DNA from: Candidatus Bathyarchaeota archaeon
GTDB lineage: Archaea > Thermoproteota > Bathyarchaeia > Bathyarchaeales > Bathycorpusculaceae
DNA length: 64,000 nt
Direction of reading: 5' to 3'
Assembly (NCBI GenBank): GCA_963775685.1
Contig: CAVZJV010000014.1
Location: 256,001-320,000, forward strand
The translations under genes were made by a program, and so were the position numbers. The notes under the pieces are model-generated. The model was not told the origin of the DNA. It saw nothing but the letters and a program-made list of their open reading frames with translations, and ran no database searches. Positions 41,943-51,154 of this stretch are shown piece by piece; the stretch's first letter is position 1; every line of letters starts with the position of its first letter.

Positions 41943-42406
41943 TGATTTTTGAAATCCTTGCTGTAGGCTTAATAATCTCCGCCATATTGGCGCTTTTCCT
42001 TGACGAAGTCATTTACTCAGTTGCTGCGTTGGCAGGGACCTTTTTTTTTGTTGCTTTAATATACGTTTTAAATGGTGCCCTCTTCGCGGCTATCTTCCAG
42101 TTTGCTGTCGGCGTTGGTACATTATCTATCCTGTTTCTTTCAGGAGAAATGTTAGGCGATAAACCCATTAAGAAAACCTCCCCCGTACGCCTTGGCGTCT
42201 TGATAGGTGCAGGCGCGGTTTTGTCGTTGCCTGCGATTTTCCTCTCTTTATCTGGGTCAACCAGCACAAATTCTGGTCTAGAAATTGGTGATGCTTTGTG
42301 GAATGTACGGGGTTTAGATGTTGTCCTGCAGGCAATTGTTATTTTGACGGTGGCACTCGGAATCGCTATTGTCTTGTATGAGAAGAAGAAAAAGGGTGGG
42401 AAATAA
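41942..42406 (+). CDS. NuoJ-like membrane subunit
   Basis: Five TM segments, IGDALW; position between I and K. Confidence 0.8.
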   Translation: MIFEILAVGLIISAILALFLDEVIYSVAALAGTFFFVALIYVLNGALFAAIFQFAVGVGTLSILFLSGEMLGDKPIKKTSPVRLGVLIGAGAVLSLPAIFLSLSGSTSTNSGLEIGDALWNVRGLDVVLQAIVILTVALGIAIVLYEKKKKGGK

Positions 42407-42726
42407 TGGACTTCGTTATTCTGTCACTCGTAATGTTGGCAATCGGAATCTACGGCTTGCTCACCAACCGTCAACTCCTAAAAGTTTTCATATCTGTAGA
42501 GTTAATCGCAACAGCTGCCACGTTGAATTTTGTGATGCTAGCTTCTTCCATGGGTGTAGGTCTGGGCCAAGCATTCCTAATCTTAGCATTTTCAACTGAC
42601 ACCGCGGTTAGCGGCGTAATATTAGCGTTGCTCGTCATCGTAACCAAAAAGTATGGAACAAGCGACATGAGCAAAATAATTCAGATTTTACAAGAGAAAG
42701 GCGAAAGCGAGGATGAAGCGCAATGA
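42406..42726 (+). CDS. NuoK-like membrane subunit
   Basis: IGIYGLL...ISVELI; three TM segments. Confidence 0.88.
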   Translation: MDFVILSLVMLAIGIYGLLTNRQLLKVFISVELIATAATLNFVMLASSMGVGLGQAFLILAFSTDTAVSGVILALLVIVTKKYGTSDMSKIIQILQEKGESEDEAQ

Positions 42727-44675
42727 TACTTGAAGAATTCTCAGCATGGTTTGTTTGGGTTCTACCTCTCATGGCAAGCTTATTCGTACCCATAATCGGA
42801 AAATACAGTGACAAAGCCAGAAACTACTTTGTCGTCGCAATCGCAGCCATCACTGCGGCTCTGGCGCTTTCACTGGTGCCGAGTGTCTGGTCTGGAAACG
42901 GAACAGCCACAAATTTCAGTGTAAGTTGGATTCCAAGAATTGACGCTGGAGTGTACATTGATCCGCTCAGTGTGCTATTCACATGCCTTGTCGCATTCTT
43001 TGCATTAATCATCGCTGTCTACTCAATAGGCTATATGAAAGGTGAAGAAGGCTTAACACGGTACTACTACCTTATTCTGCTCTTTATCGGTTCCATGATT
43101 GGTTTAGTAATCTCTGACAATATGTTGCAGATGTTTATTTTCTGGGAAATGGTGGGCTTGTGCTCGTACGCTTTGATTTCGTTCTGGTACAAAAAACCCG
43201 AATCTATTAAGGCTGGTGTTAAAGTTTTCATAATGACTCGTATCGGCGACATTGCGTTGCTTGCTGCTATAGGAATCCTCTATTTGATGTTCACTACCTT
43301 CAGTTTCCATGGAGTAATAGGCGGTATCCAAGATGCAGCAACGGCAGGAACTTTGAATACGAGTCTTATGGTTGTTGTTGCGTTTTTGGTTTTAGGTGGT
43401 GCCATTGCGAAGTCTGCTCAGCTTCCTTTGTTCACTTGGCTCTATAGTGCCATGGAGGCGCCAACCTCTGTTAGCGCCCTCTTGCACGCAGCCACAATGG
43501 TTAAAGCAGGCATTTATTTGCTTGCGAGGTTCATACTCATATTCTCAGTAGCACCTGTACTAATAACTGCTCTAGGCACTCAGTTCTGGTTTGCGACTGT
43601 TTCATGGATAGGTGTCTTAACTGCATTAGTTGGAGCAACACTCGCATTAACAACTACTGACATCAAAGGAGTTCTTGCATACTCGACAGTAAGCCAAATT
43701 GGCTTTATGATGGCTGGCTTAGGCGCAGCTGTTGAAGGTGCTGCTTCTATTGGCTGGTTCGCAAGCTTGTTCCACATGGTAAGCCATGCTTTCTTCGAAG
43801 GACTTGGTTTCCTCATTGCAGGTGGGATAATACATGCCATCGGTACGCGCGACATGCGTTTAATGGGTGGTTTAAGGAAAACAATGCCCATTAGCTTCAT
43901 CTTGATGGCTATAATGATAATAACCACAAGCGGGCTTCCGCCCTTCGCCGCTTTCTTTAGCAAGGGATTAATCATCACCAGTGTAACTGACGCAGGAAGT
44001 CTTATCCAGACCATTTTGCTCTACGCGGGAACTGCAATCACCTTTGCGTACTGTGTCCGCATGTTCAGCTTAGTGTTTATGGGCAAAGAATCTGAGCATC
44101 TACAAAAGCAACATGTTCATGAATCGCCAAAAGTAATGCTTATTCCAGCAGCGGTACTGTCAGGTTTATGCATCGTTTGGGGCTTAGCAATGCCCTTTGT
44201 TTTGGACTTCATGTCAAAATCAGTGTTTACGGCAGAGTTGAACACCCTTGGAATCACTTTGCTTGGCTCATTAACCAGTCTTGAAACACCCATCTTCCTT
44301 GCGTTGCTAGTTCCCACAGGTTTGATCGCTTACTATTCATATTACAAGGGCTACCAAGGTGTTCGAAACGTTGCCGCAGGTAAAAACCCCATCTCAACAA
44401 TGCTCAGGCATGCCTTCTTCTTTGACGATTTATACGGTGGCGTAACCAGAGGGATTGAACGTTTCTCTGAAGGTCTTACACGGGTTGAAAATACCTTGTT
44501 TGGTCGGTACCCCGACTCTGCTGGCACCTCGGTGAGTCAAGCTGCAGAACCCGGGCACGTTACAACTTTGAAGAAGGGGCCATCATCTTCGTTTAGGAAT
44601 TATGTTGCTGCGGCAGTCGTTGGCTTTATCCTAATTGTTGTGTTGATAATATTAAAAACAGGTATAGGAGTCTAA
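42723..44675 (+). CDS. NuoL/MrpA-like antiporter subunit
   Basis: FWEMVGLCSY, KSAQLP, AMEAPTSVSALLHAATMVKAG. Confidence 0.93.
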   Translation: MILEEFSAWFVWVLPLMASLFVPIIGKYSDKARNYFVVAIAAITAALALSLVPSVWSGNGTATNFSVSWIPRIDAGVYIDPLSVLFTCLVAFFALIIAVYSIGYMKGEEGLTRYYYLILLFIGSMIGLVISDNMLQMFIFWEMVGLCSYALISFWYKKPESIKAGVKVFIMTRIGDIALLAAIGILYLMFTTFSFHGVIGGIQDAATAGTLNTSLMVVVAFLVLGGAIAKSAQLPLFTWLYSAMEAPTSVSALLHAATMVKAGIYLLARFILIFSVAPVLITALGTQFWFATVSWIGVLTALVGATLALTTTDIKGVLAYSTVSQIGFMMAGLGAAVEGAASIGWFASLFHMVSHAFFEGLGFLIAGGIIHAIGTRDMRLMGGLRKTMPISFILMAIMIITTSGLPPFAAFFSKGLIITSVTDAGSLIQTILLYAGTAITFAYCVRMFSLVFMGKESEHLQKQHVHESPKVMLIPAAVLSGLCIVWGLAMPFVLDFMSKSVFTAELNTLGITLLGSLTSLETPIFLALLVPTGLIAYYSYYKGYQGVRNVAAGKNPISTMLRHAFFFDDLYGGVTRGIERFSEGLTRVENTLFGRYPDSAGTSVSQAAEPGHVTTLKKGPSSSFRNYVAAAVVGFILIVVLIILKTGIGV

Positions 44676-44679
44676 GAAA

Positions 44680-46269
44680 ATGACGCTTCCAATTCTTCTA
44701 GCAGTATTTGCAATTCCATCCTTAAGCATCCCATTAGTCTACTTCACCGGAAAGAAATCGCCTAAAGCAGCGGCCATCTTTGTTGCCTTAATCGCGCTCA
44801 TCAACATCGGCTTGGTTTTGTCAACTGTCCCAGCTGTTCTAAACAATGCAAGTCACCGCTACACTGAATCCTACGCTTGGATTCCTACATTAAACAGCAC
44901 GCAATTCTCTCTGTTCGTCGATGGGATAAGCGCTTCAGTTGCCCTAATCAGCTTAGTTCTTATCTTTGTGGCTGCATTGTTCTCGATTAATTACATGGCT
45001 GGAAAAAAGAACCTGCCCTCATACTACGCCCTGTTATGTATGCTCTCAGTTGGCTTAATTGGAGTCTTCCTGACTTCAAACTTGCTCCTATTCTACTTCT
45101 GTTGGGAACTTATGCTTGTCCCAGCCTATTTCATAGTGGGCGAGTGGGGATACCGAAATTCTTACAAATCTGCGTTTAAACTCTTCATATTCACCCATGC
45201 AGGTGCCGTCTTTGTCCTTTTAGGCATCGGAGCAATCTACTACCTAACAAACACCACCGACATGTTTGTAGCGCAAACTCAACTGATGACGGTCGCTCCC
45301 GATATAATAAAATGGATCCTAATCGCACTGACCGCGGGATTTGCCGTAAAAATGGCGGTTTTCCCAGTGCACATGTGGCTCCCCGATGCCCACTCGGAAG
45401 CACCCGCTCCAATGTCTGCCCTCCTAAGCGGAGTCATCATCAGCGCAGGAGCTTACGCAATTTTACGCTTATCCTTCGGCATTGTTTTTCCAGCAGTCGG
45501 AGTAGCGTTTGGAACAGGTTTCCTTGAAGCATTATCAATTATCGGAGTAATCACAGCGTTTTTCGGGTCATTCCTTGCGTTGGTTGCAACTGACATAAAA
45601 CGTCTCATCGCCTACTCAAGCATCGCCCACATGGGCTACATCATGTTCGGTCTCTCGCTCTTCCCAGTGAGCTTAGCCGCTGGAACAGCCGTTTTGTTAG
45701 TTTCAGCAACCGCCATAACGGGAACAGTTTTGCATATCATCACTCACGCTGCAAGCAAAGGCCTCTTCTTCCTTACCGCAGGCGGAATCATGCATCAAAC
45801 CGAAGAGAGAGACATTCGTAAAATGGGTGGCTTAGCAGGCAAGATGCCGTTCTCAGCTGTCTCAGGAACTATAGCGGCGTTGAGCATTGCCGGAGCACCT
45901 CCATTGGCCTGCTTTATCAGTGAATTTCTCATATTCGTGGGCGCAATTCAAATCATAAATGCAACTGGCGGTCTTAGCAGCTTCTACATCATACCCACTG
46001 CTCTTATGCTAATAGCAACTGTGTTCTCACTGGCCTATGCGCTTAGGTTCATTTCAAAAGTGTTCCTTGGACAACCCAAAGATGTTCATGGCGTTGAAGA
46101 AGGCGAAGTGATAGCAACGGAAGCTGGACATGAAAAACACAAGATCATCGATATACCAAACTATATGAAGATCGCATTGGCAATCTTGGTAGTTTTGGTG
46201 GTTATCATAGGAATCTATCCGACGTTCTTTATGAATCTAATACAAACAGTAACATTCGGACCGGTGTAA
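44680..46269 (+). CDS. NuoM/MrpD-like antiporter subunit
   Basis: WELMLVP, KMAVFPVHMWLPDAH, KRLIAYSSIAHMG, FISEF. Confidence 0.93.
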   Translation: MTLPILLAVFAIPSLSIPLVYFTGKKSPKAAAIFVALIALINIGLVLSTVPAVLNNASHRYTESYAWIPTLNSTQFSLFVDGISASVALISLVLIFVAALFSINYMAGKKNLPSYYALLCMLSVGLIGVFLTSNLLLFYFCWELMLVPAYFIVGEWGYRNSYKSAFKLFIFTHAGAVFVLLGIGAIYYLTNTTDMFVAQTQLMTVAPDIIKWILIALTAGFAVKMAVFPVHMWLPDAHSEAPAPMSALLSGVIISAGAYAILRLSFGIVFPAVGVAFGTGFLEALSIIGVITAFFGSFLALVATDIKRLIAYSSIAHMGYIMFGLSLFPVSLAAGTAVLLVSATAITGTVLHIITHAASKGLFFLTAGGIMHQTEERDIRKMGGLAGKMPFSAVSGTIAALSIAGAPPLACFISEFLIFVGAIQIINATGGLSSFYIIPTALMLIATVFSLAYALRFISKVFLGQPKDVHGVEEGEVIATEAGHEKHKIIDIPNYMKIALAILVVLVVIIGIYPTFFMNLIQTVTFGPV

Positions 46270-46273
46270 GCAC

Positions 46274-47797
46274 ATGGTACAAGTACAAATCTTAGACATA
46301 ATATTGCCGATATTCACTCTGGTAATTGCATCATTGCTTACCATACCAATATTTAGAATAATCCGAAAACAAAACAACCATAAAACTGCCTTGACATTAG
46401 GCTGGTTCTTAGCGGTCTTTTTAATTGCAGGTATAACTGTAGCCAATCTCGCGTTGACCTATTACAGCACAGCCAACCCTTCAGCCTTAAACTTGGCTTT
46501 AGATGGCAGCATATCAACGGCAATCACCAGTTCTTTCCTGATAGATGCCCTCTCAATCTACATGGCAATAATCATCGTTGGAATAAGCGCAGTAATTACT
46601 GTCTATAGCGTGTTTTTTGTTAACTCAAATGAGAGACCGTCGGATCGATATTTTGCCATAATGCTCATTCTCACTGCAGCGTTACTGGGCGCGGTTCTTT
46701 CAGGAGACCTTTTGACCTTCTTCATATTCTGGGAAGCAGCCACAGCAGCTGCAGCGTTTCTAATGATGTACCGCAAGAACGCGTTTAGCCTCAATGCAAC
46801 CCTAAAGTTCCTCGTCATGGTCATAATTGCCTCGGCGTTTGTGCTTTTTGGGCTCTCAATCGTTTACGGGTTAACCGGAAGCCTCAACTACACTGCTGTC
46901 CGAGAAGCCTTAACTGGAACTGTTGCTGCAGACCAAAATCTGCTCATCATAGCCTTCGTGTTCATAGCTGCTGGCTATGCAATTGAAGCTGCAATTGTAC
47001 CTTTTCACTTCTGGCTTCCAGACGCGTACACAGCCGCTCCAGCTCCATCAGCGGCGTTCCTTTCGGCGTTGGTCGACCAGGGCAGCTACTACATCGTTAT
47101 CAGAATACTGCTCTACATTATCATTCCGACTGGTCCAAACCAGGTGTTAGATTGGACCCTCATGTTGGCTATTCTCGCTGGGTTAACCATGGTTGTTGGT
47201 AACATCTTTGCGCTTATCCAAAACGACGTAAAACGCCTAATCGCGTACATCTGCGTTGCTGATGTAGGCTACAATCTTGTCGCAATCACAAGCATAAAGT
47301 CGCTTGGCCTGGAAGGCAACCTCTACTTCTTCCTGATAGGCGGCTTAACAACAGCCTTAGCTTTCATGGCAATCGGCATCATAAACAATTATGGTATCAG
47401 AACTCTTAGCGACTTCGCTGGGTTTGGTAAGAAAGCACCTCTGGTCAGCTTAGCTATAGTAATTGCCGGCTTGTCTTTTGCTGGTGTTCCTCCGCTTGGT
47501 GGATTTATAGGTAAATACCTCGTCTTCACCGCGGCTCTGCAAGCAAACTTGGCGTGGCTAGCTGTTATCGGAGTCTTAACGTCTGTGTTGCAAACCGCCT
47601 ATATCTTCCGTATTATGAACGTGATGTATTCAAAGAAACCCAAAGATGAAATCGCTCTAAAAGAAAACAAGCACATCCTAATTCCCGTCTTCATCCTTGT
47701 TGCCGCACTCTTCATTTTGGGGTTGTTCCCTGATCTTGTCTTGCAACTGATCGCGCCAGCCGCACACCAACTATCCGCTCTAATACCCTCAATATAA
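46274..47797 (+). CDS. NuoN/MrpD-like antiporter subunit
   Basis: FWEA, VPFHFWLPDAY, AGVPPLGGFIGK. Confidence 0.9.
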   Translation: MVQVQILDIILPIFTLVIASLLTIPIFRIIRKQNNHKTALTLGWFLAVFLIAGITVANLALTYYSTANPSALNLALDGSISTAITSSFLIDALSIYMAIIIVGISAVITVYSVFFVNSNERPSDRYFAIMLILTAALLGAVLSGDLLTFFIFWEAATAAAAFLMMYRKNAFSLNATLKFLVMVIIASAFVLFGLSIVYGLTGSLNYTAVREALTGTVAADQNLLIIAFVFIAAGYAIEAAIVPFHFWLPDAYTAAPAPSAAFLSALVDQGSYYIVIRILLYIIIPTGPNQVLDWTLMLAILAGLTMVVGNIFALIQNDVKRLIAYICVADVGYNLVAITSIKSLGLEGNLYFFLIGGLTTALAFMAIGIINNYGIRTLSDFAGFGKKAPLVSLAIVIAGLSFAGVPPLGGFIGKYLVFTAALQANLAWLAVIGVLTSVLQTAYIFRIMNVMYSKKPKDEIALKENKHILIPVFILVAALFILGLFPDLVLQLIAPAAHQLSALIPSI

Positions 47798-47863
47798 GAC
47801 CAATCAAAGTTTCAACTGCCTATGGTAAGCACCTGTGTTTGATAGCTGCCAAGAGTGTGAACC

Positions 47864-47895
47864 GAGGTTGGAAAAGCCTCTTTATTTCTTTTTTC
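47864..47895 (+). terminator. Hairpin GAGGTT-GGAAA-AGCCTC plus T-rich tract after the hydrogenase operon
   Basis: 6-bp stem with one G-T pair followed by TTTATTTCTTTTTT, about 65 nt after the last stop. Confidence 0.4.
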
Positions 47896-48343
47896 ATCAG
47901 TAAGATTCGTCTCGTTCTATTTTTGTTTTGATAACTTGTTGAATTGACAAAAAATTAAGAATTTTTTAAATTAGGAACTTTTTTGTTTCAGGAAAAAGTT
48001 GTTCTTGGGGGGTTTTTGCTGTTTGAAAACTCGGCGTGATTAACTTGATTTTGAGGCAAATAAACGAAGGGAAATATTCAATTCTTTTGATTGTAAAAGA
48101 AGAAATTGTTGGTGAAAGCGGTGTTTTCTTTTTCTCGATTGCTAAAGATTGCTTTATTTCAAGATGGGTAGGCGTAATATTACTCGGGGGCGAGTTTATT
48201 TAAGCAACAGCTTGTTCGCTTTAGAGGAAAATTTGATTGGGTTTTTGTTAAATTGAAGAACAACATCAGTTGTTTTTGCAAAATTGGATCTGCTTGTTTT
48301 GGGTTGGTTTTGTTGTTTGGGCTTTGGATCGGTTGCAGGTTGC

Positions 48344-48413
48344 GGCTAGGAATGGCTAGGAATGGCTAGGAATGGCTAGGAATGGCTAGAACTGGATAGA
48401 AATGGTTGGATGT
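48344..48413. repeat. 10-bp tandem repeat (GGCTAGGAAT)x4 plus about 3 degenerate units
   Basis: Perfect from 48344 to 48389, then GGCTAGAACT, GGATAGAAAT, GGTTGGATGT. Confidence 0.95.
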
Positions 48414-48430
48414 TTTGTTGCAGATGAGTT

Positions 48431-48567
48431 CAGTTGCAGTTGCAGTTGCAGTTGCAGTTGCAGTTGCAGTTGCAGTTGCAGTTGCAGTTGCAGTTGCAGT
48501 TGCAGTTGCAGTTGCAGTTGCAGTTGCAGTTGCAGTTGCAGTTGCAGTTGCAGTTGCAGTTGCAGTT
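48431..48567. repeat. Perfect hexamer microsatellite (CAGTTG)x22.8
   Basis: 137 bp uninterrupted. Confidence 0.98.
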
Positions 48568-48611
48568 AACTGACGTGTAAGCTTTAGTGGTGAGTTAGGG
48601 TTGGGTTTTGG

Positions 48612-49854
48612 TTATTTTCGGATTTGTCCATTGCCCAAAATGACGTATTTAGTTGTGGTTAGATGCTGTAGACTCATTGGTCCTCTTGCATGTAGTTTTT
48701 GGGTGCTGATTCCGATTTCTGCGCCTAAGCCGAATTGGTTGCCGTCGGTGAATCGTGTAGATGCATTCCAGTAGACTGCGGCGGAATCGATTTCTTTTAT
48801 GAATTGCATTGCTTTGCCAAAGTCGGCTGTTAGGATACTGTCAGAGTGATGGGTGCCGTACTTGTTAATGTGGGCAATGGCGTTCGTCTAAGTCCTTAAC
48901 GACTTTAACGCCTATTATCAAGTCAAGGTATTCTGTGCCCCAATCCTCTTCATTTGCCGCTTTAATGTCGGGGACAATTTTTCGGGTTTCTTCGTCACCA
49001 CGGACCTCCACGCCGTTTTTGCGCAACTCTGCAATTACCTCGGGTAAGTAGTGCTTAGCGATTTTATTGTGGACTAGTAGTTTCTCTGCGGCATTGCATG
49101 TTCCGGGTCGCTGGCATTTGGCGTTGATGACGATGGGCGTTGCTTTTTTCAGATCTGCGTCTTCTTCAACGTATACATGGCAGTTGCCAGTTCCGGTTTC
49201 GATGACGGGAATCCGCGCCTTCTCAACAACAGTTTTGATTAAGTCGGCGCCTCCTCTGGGAACCAAGACGTCGATGTATTCGCGCATGCCCATTAGCTCT
49301 TCTGCAACCTTACGGTCAGGTGAAGGCACAATTTGGAGTGCGTCTACGGGCACGTTTGTTGTTGCCAATGCTTCTTGGAGCACTTCAACGATTGCGATGT
49401 TGGAATTTAAAGCGTCTGAACCTCCGCGAAGAATAACGGCGTTGCCTGATTTTATGCAGATGCCTGCTGAATCAGAAGTTACATTGGGGCGGGATTCGTA
49501 TATTACGCCAACTACTCCGAGGGGAACGCGAACTTGGCTTATTATAAGGCCATTGGGGCGTGTCCAGGTGCTCAGAATGGAACCGATCGGGTCAGGTTGA
49601 GCTGACACTTCTCTTAGTTCTTTAGCCATCGTTTGAATTTTCTTTTGGTCCAAGGCCAAACGATCAAGCAACGTAGCTTTGACGCCTTTAGCTTTGGCTG
49701 CTTCTACATCTGCCTTGTTAGCGGCTAAAATCTTCTCAGAATTCGCTTCGAGGGCATTTGCCATTCTGCAAAGAGCAGTGTTTTTTGCCTCTGAGGAGAG
49801 CTTGCCCATCTCAAATGCTGCAGCTTTGGCTTTTCTGCATATTTCTTGTATCAT
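48612..49854 (-). CDS. proA: Gamma-glutamyl phosphate reductase; one frameshift near 48882
   Basis: [21 protein letters not shown]; removing one base restores [16 protein letters not shown]...[27 protein letters not shown]. Confidence 0.93.
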
Positions 49855-50981
49855 TTTATTTCCTCAATCAGGTGTATGTTTCGGTGCTCGACAATCTCTT
49901 TTGGTTTGTTGACGCCGAGTTTTTTATGTACTTCTTTTACTTGTAAGCCTTTAATTAGGTTTAGCTGGCTGCTGTTGTAGTTGGGGTTGCCTCTGGCGAA
50001 TTCAATTTCGTTTTCATCTTGAAGGCTCACTACGTCTCCTATATCAAAGATTCCGCTGATACCTGTTACTCCAACGGGCAAAAGGCTGGAACCTTCCAAG
50101 ATCGCCTTCTTTGCGCCTTCGTTAACATGAATGCTGCCTTTCACTGAAGCGCCATATGCAATCCAACGCTTAACAGCCGGCATGCGATTTTGGGGCTTAA
50201 AGTAGGTGCCAACGCCTTTTCCAGCTAGGATATCCAAAATTACGTTTTCTTTTCGGCTGTTAGCTATAACCACTGGGATGCCGCAGGAGGTGGCGATTTC
50301 GGCGGCTTTAATTTTGCTCTGGATACCGCCTCTGCCCGATTTGTTTTTGCCATTAAGTGACTTTTTCAGTTTGGTCGTAATTTCTTCAACTGTATTTATT
50401 AGTTCAGCTCCAGACTGCGTGGGGTCGGCGGTGTATAAGCCTTCAACATCGGAGAGAATAATTACTAAATCGGCGCAGAGTGCCCCTGCAACTAGCACAG
50501 AGAGGATGTCGTTGTCGCTAAAATTTATCTTGTAGCCTTCCGTTCGCATTAGTTCATCTATTGAAACTACGTCGTTTTCATTAATTATTGGAACGACCCC
50601 AATCTTTAGGAGCAAACCCAGCACATCGCATGTGTGAACATAGGAGGTCCTGTTGGAGAGGTCTTCTGCTGTTAAGAGTATCTGGGCAACTTTTAAATCG
50701 AATTTCTTAAAGATCTCTCGATACTTTGCCATAAGGACACTTTGTCCTGTAGCTGCGGCTGCTTGCTGGAAAGCAACATCTTTGGGTTTAGGGGGAATTC
50801 CAAGTTCAGCGATGCCTGCGGCAACTGCACCTGAAGTCACCAAAACTATTTTGTCGCCTTGTTTGGTTGCAGTAGCTATTTGGCGAGCTAGGTTTTCCAT
50901 TTCTGTTAGGTCCAGTTTTCCTTTGCTGGTTGTTATGCCGTTTGTGCCAACTTTAACAACCGTTAATCTTGAAGGCATCAC
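49851..50981 (-). CDS. proB: Glutamate 5-kinase with PUA domain
   Basis: VVKVGT, SGAVAAG, AAATGQ, INEND, DND, C-terminal PUA domain. Confidence 0.95.
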   Translation of the reverse strand: MMPSRLTVVKVGTNGITTSKGKLDLTEMENLARQIATATKQGDKIVLVTSGAVAAGIAELGIPPKPKDVAFQQAAAATGQSVLMAKYREIFKKFDLKVAQILLTAEDLSNRTSYVHTCDVLGLLLKIGVVPIINENDVVSIDELMRTEGYKINFSDNDILSVLVAGALCADLVIILSDVEGLYTADPTQSGAELINTVEEITTKLKKSLNGKNKSGRGGIQSKIKAAEIATSCGIPVVIANSRKENVILDILAGKGVGTYFKPQNRMPAVKRWIAYGASVKGSIHVNEGAKKAILEGSSLLPVGVTGISGIFDIGDVVSLQDENEIEFARGNPNYNSSQLNLIKGLQVKEVHKKLGVNKPKEIVEHRNIHLIEEIK

Positions 50982-51154
50982 TCAATCCCTTGCATGTACA
51001 GACTTATTTGAAATAGGTTTGACTTGCTTAAAAATGCAACCAAATATGTGCGCCAAAATTTTGTTTTTATTTATTTAAAATTCATATTTTTCCATTACAC
51101 TCTTCTAAAGCTTTTAGAAAAATATATAAGGAAAATGGACATGGCTTGTTGAAC

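Noticed and set aside
38032-47797. Annotation as NADH:quinone oxidoreductase or Fpo
   Set aside because: No NuoEFG or FpoF, and the Ni-Fe cysteine ligands plus CxxC small subunit are retained.
48344-48567. Possible CRISPR array
   Set aside because: Units of 6 and 10 bp are directly adjacent with no spacers, and there are no cas genes in the window.
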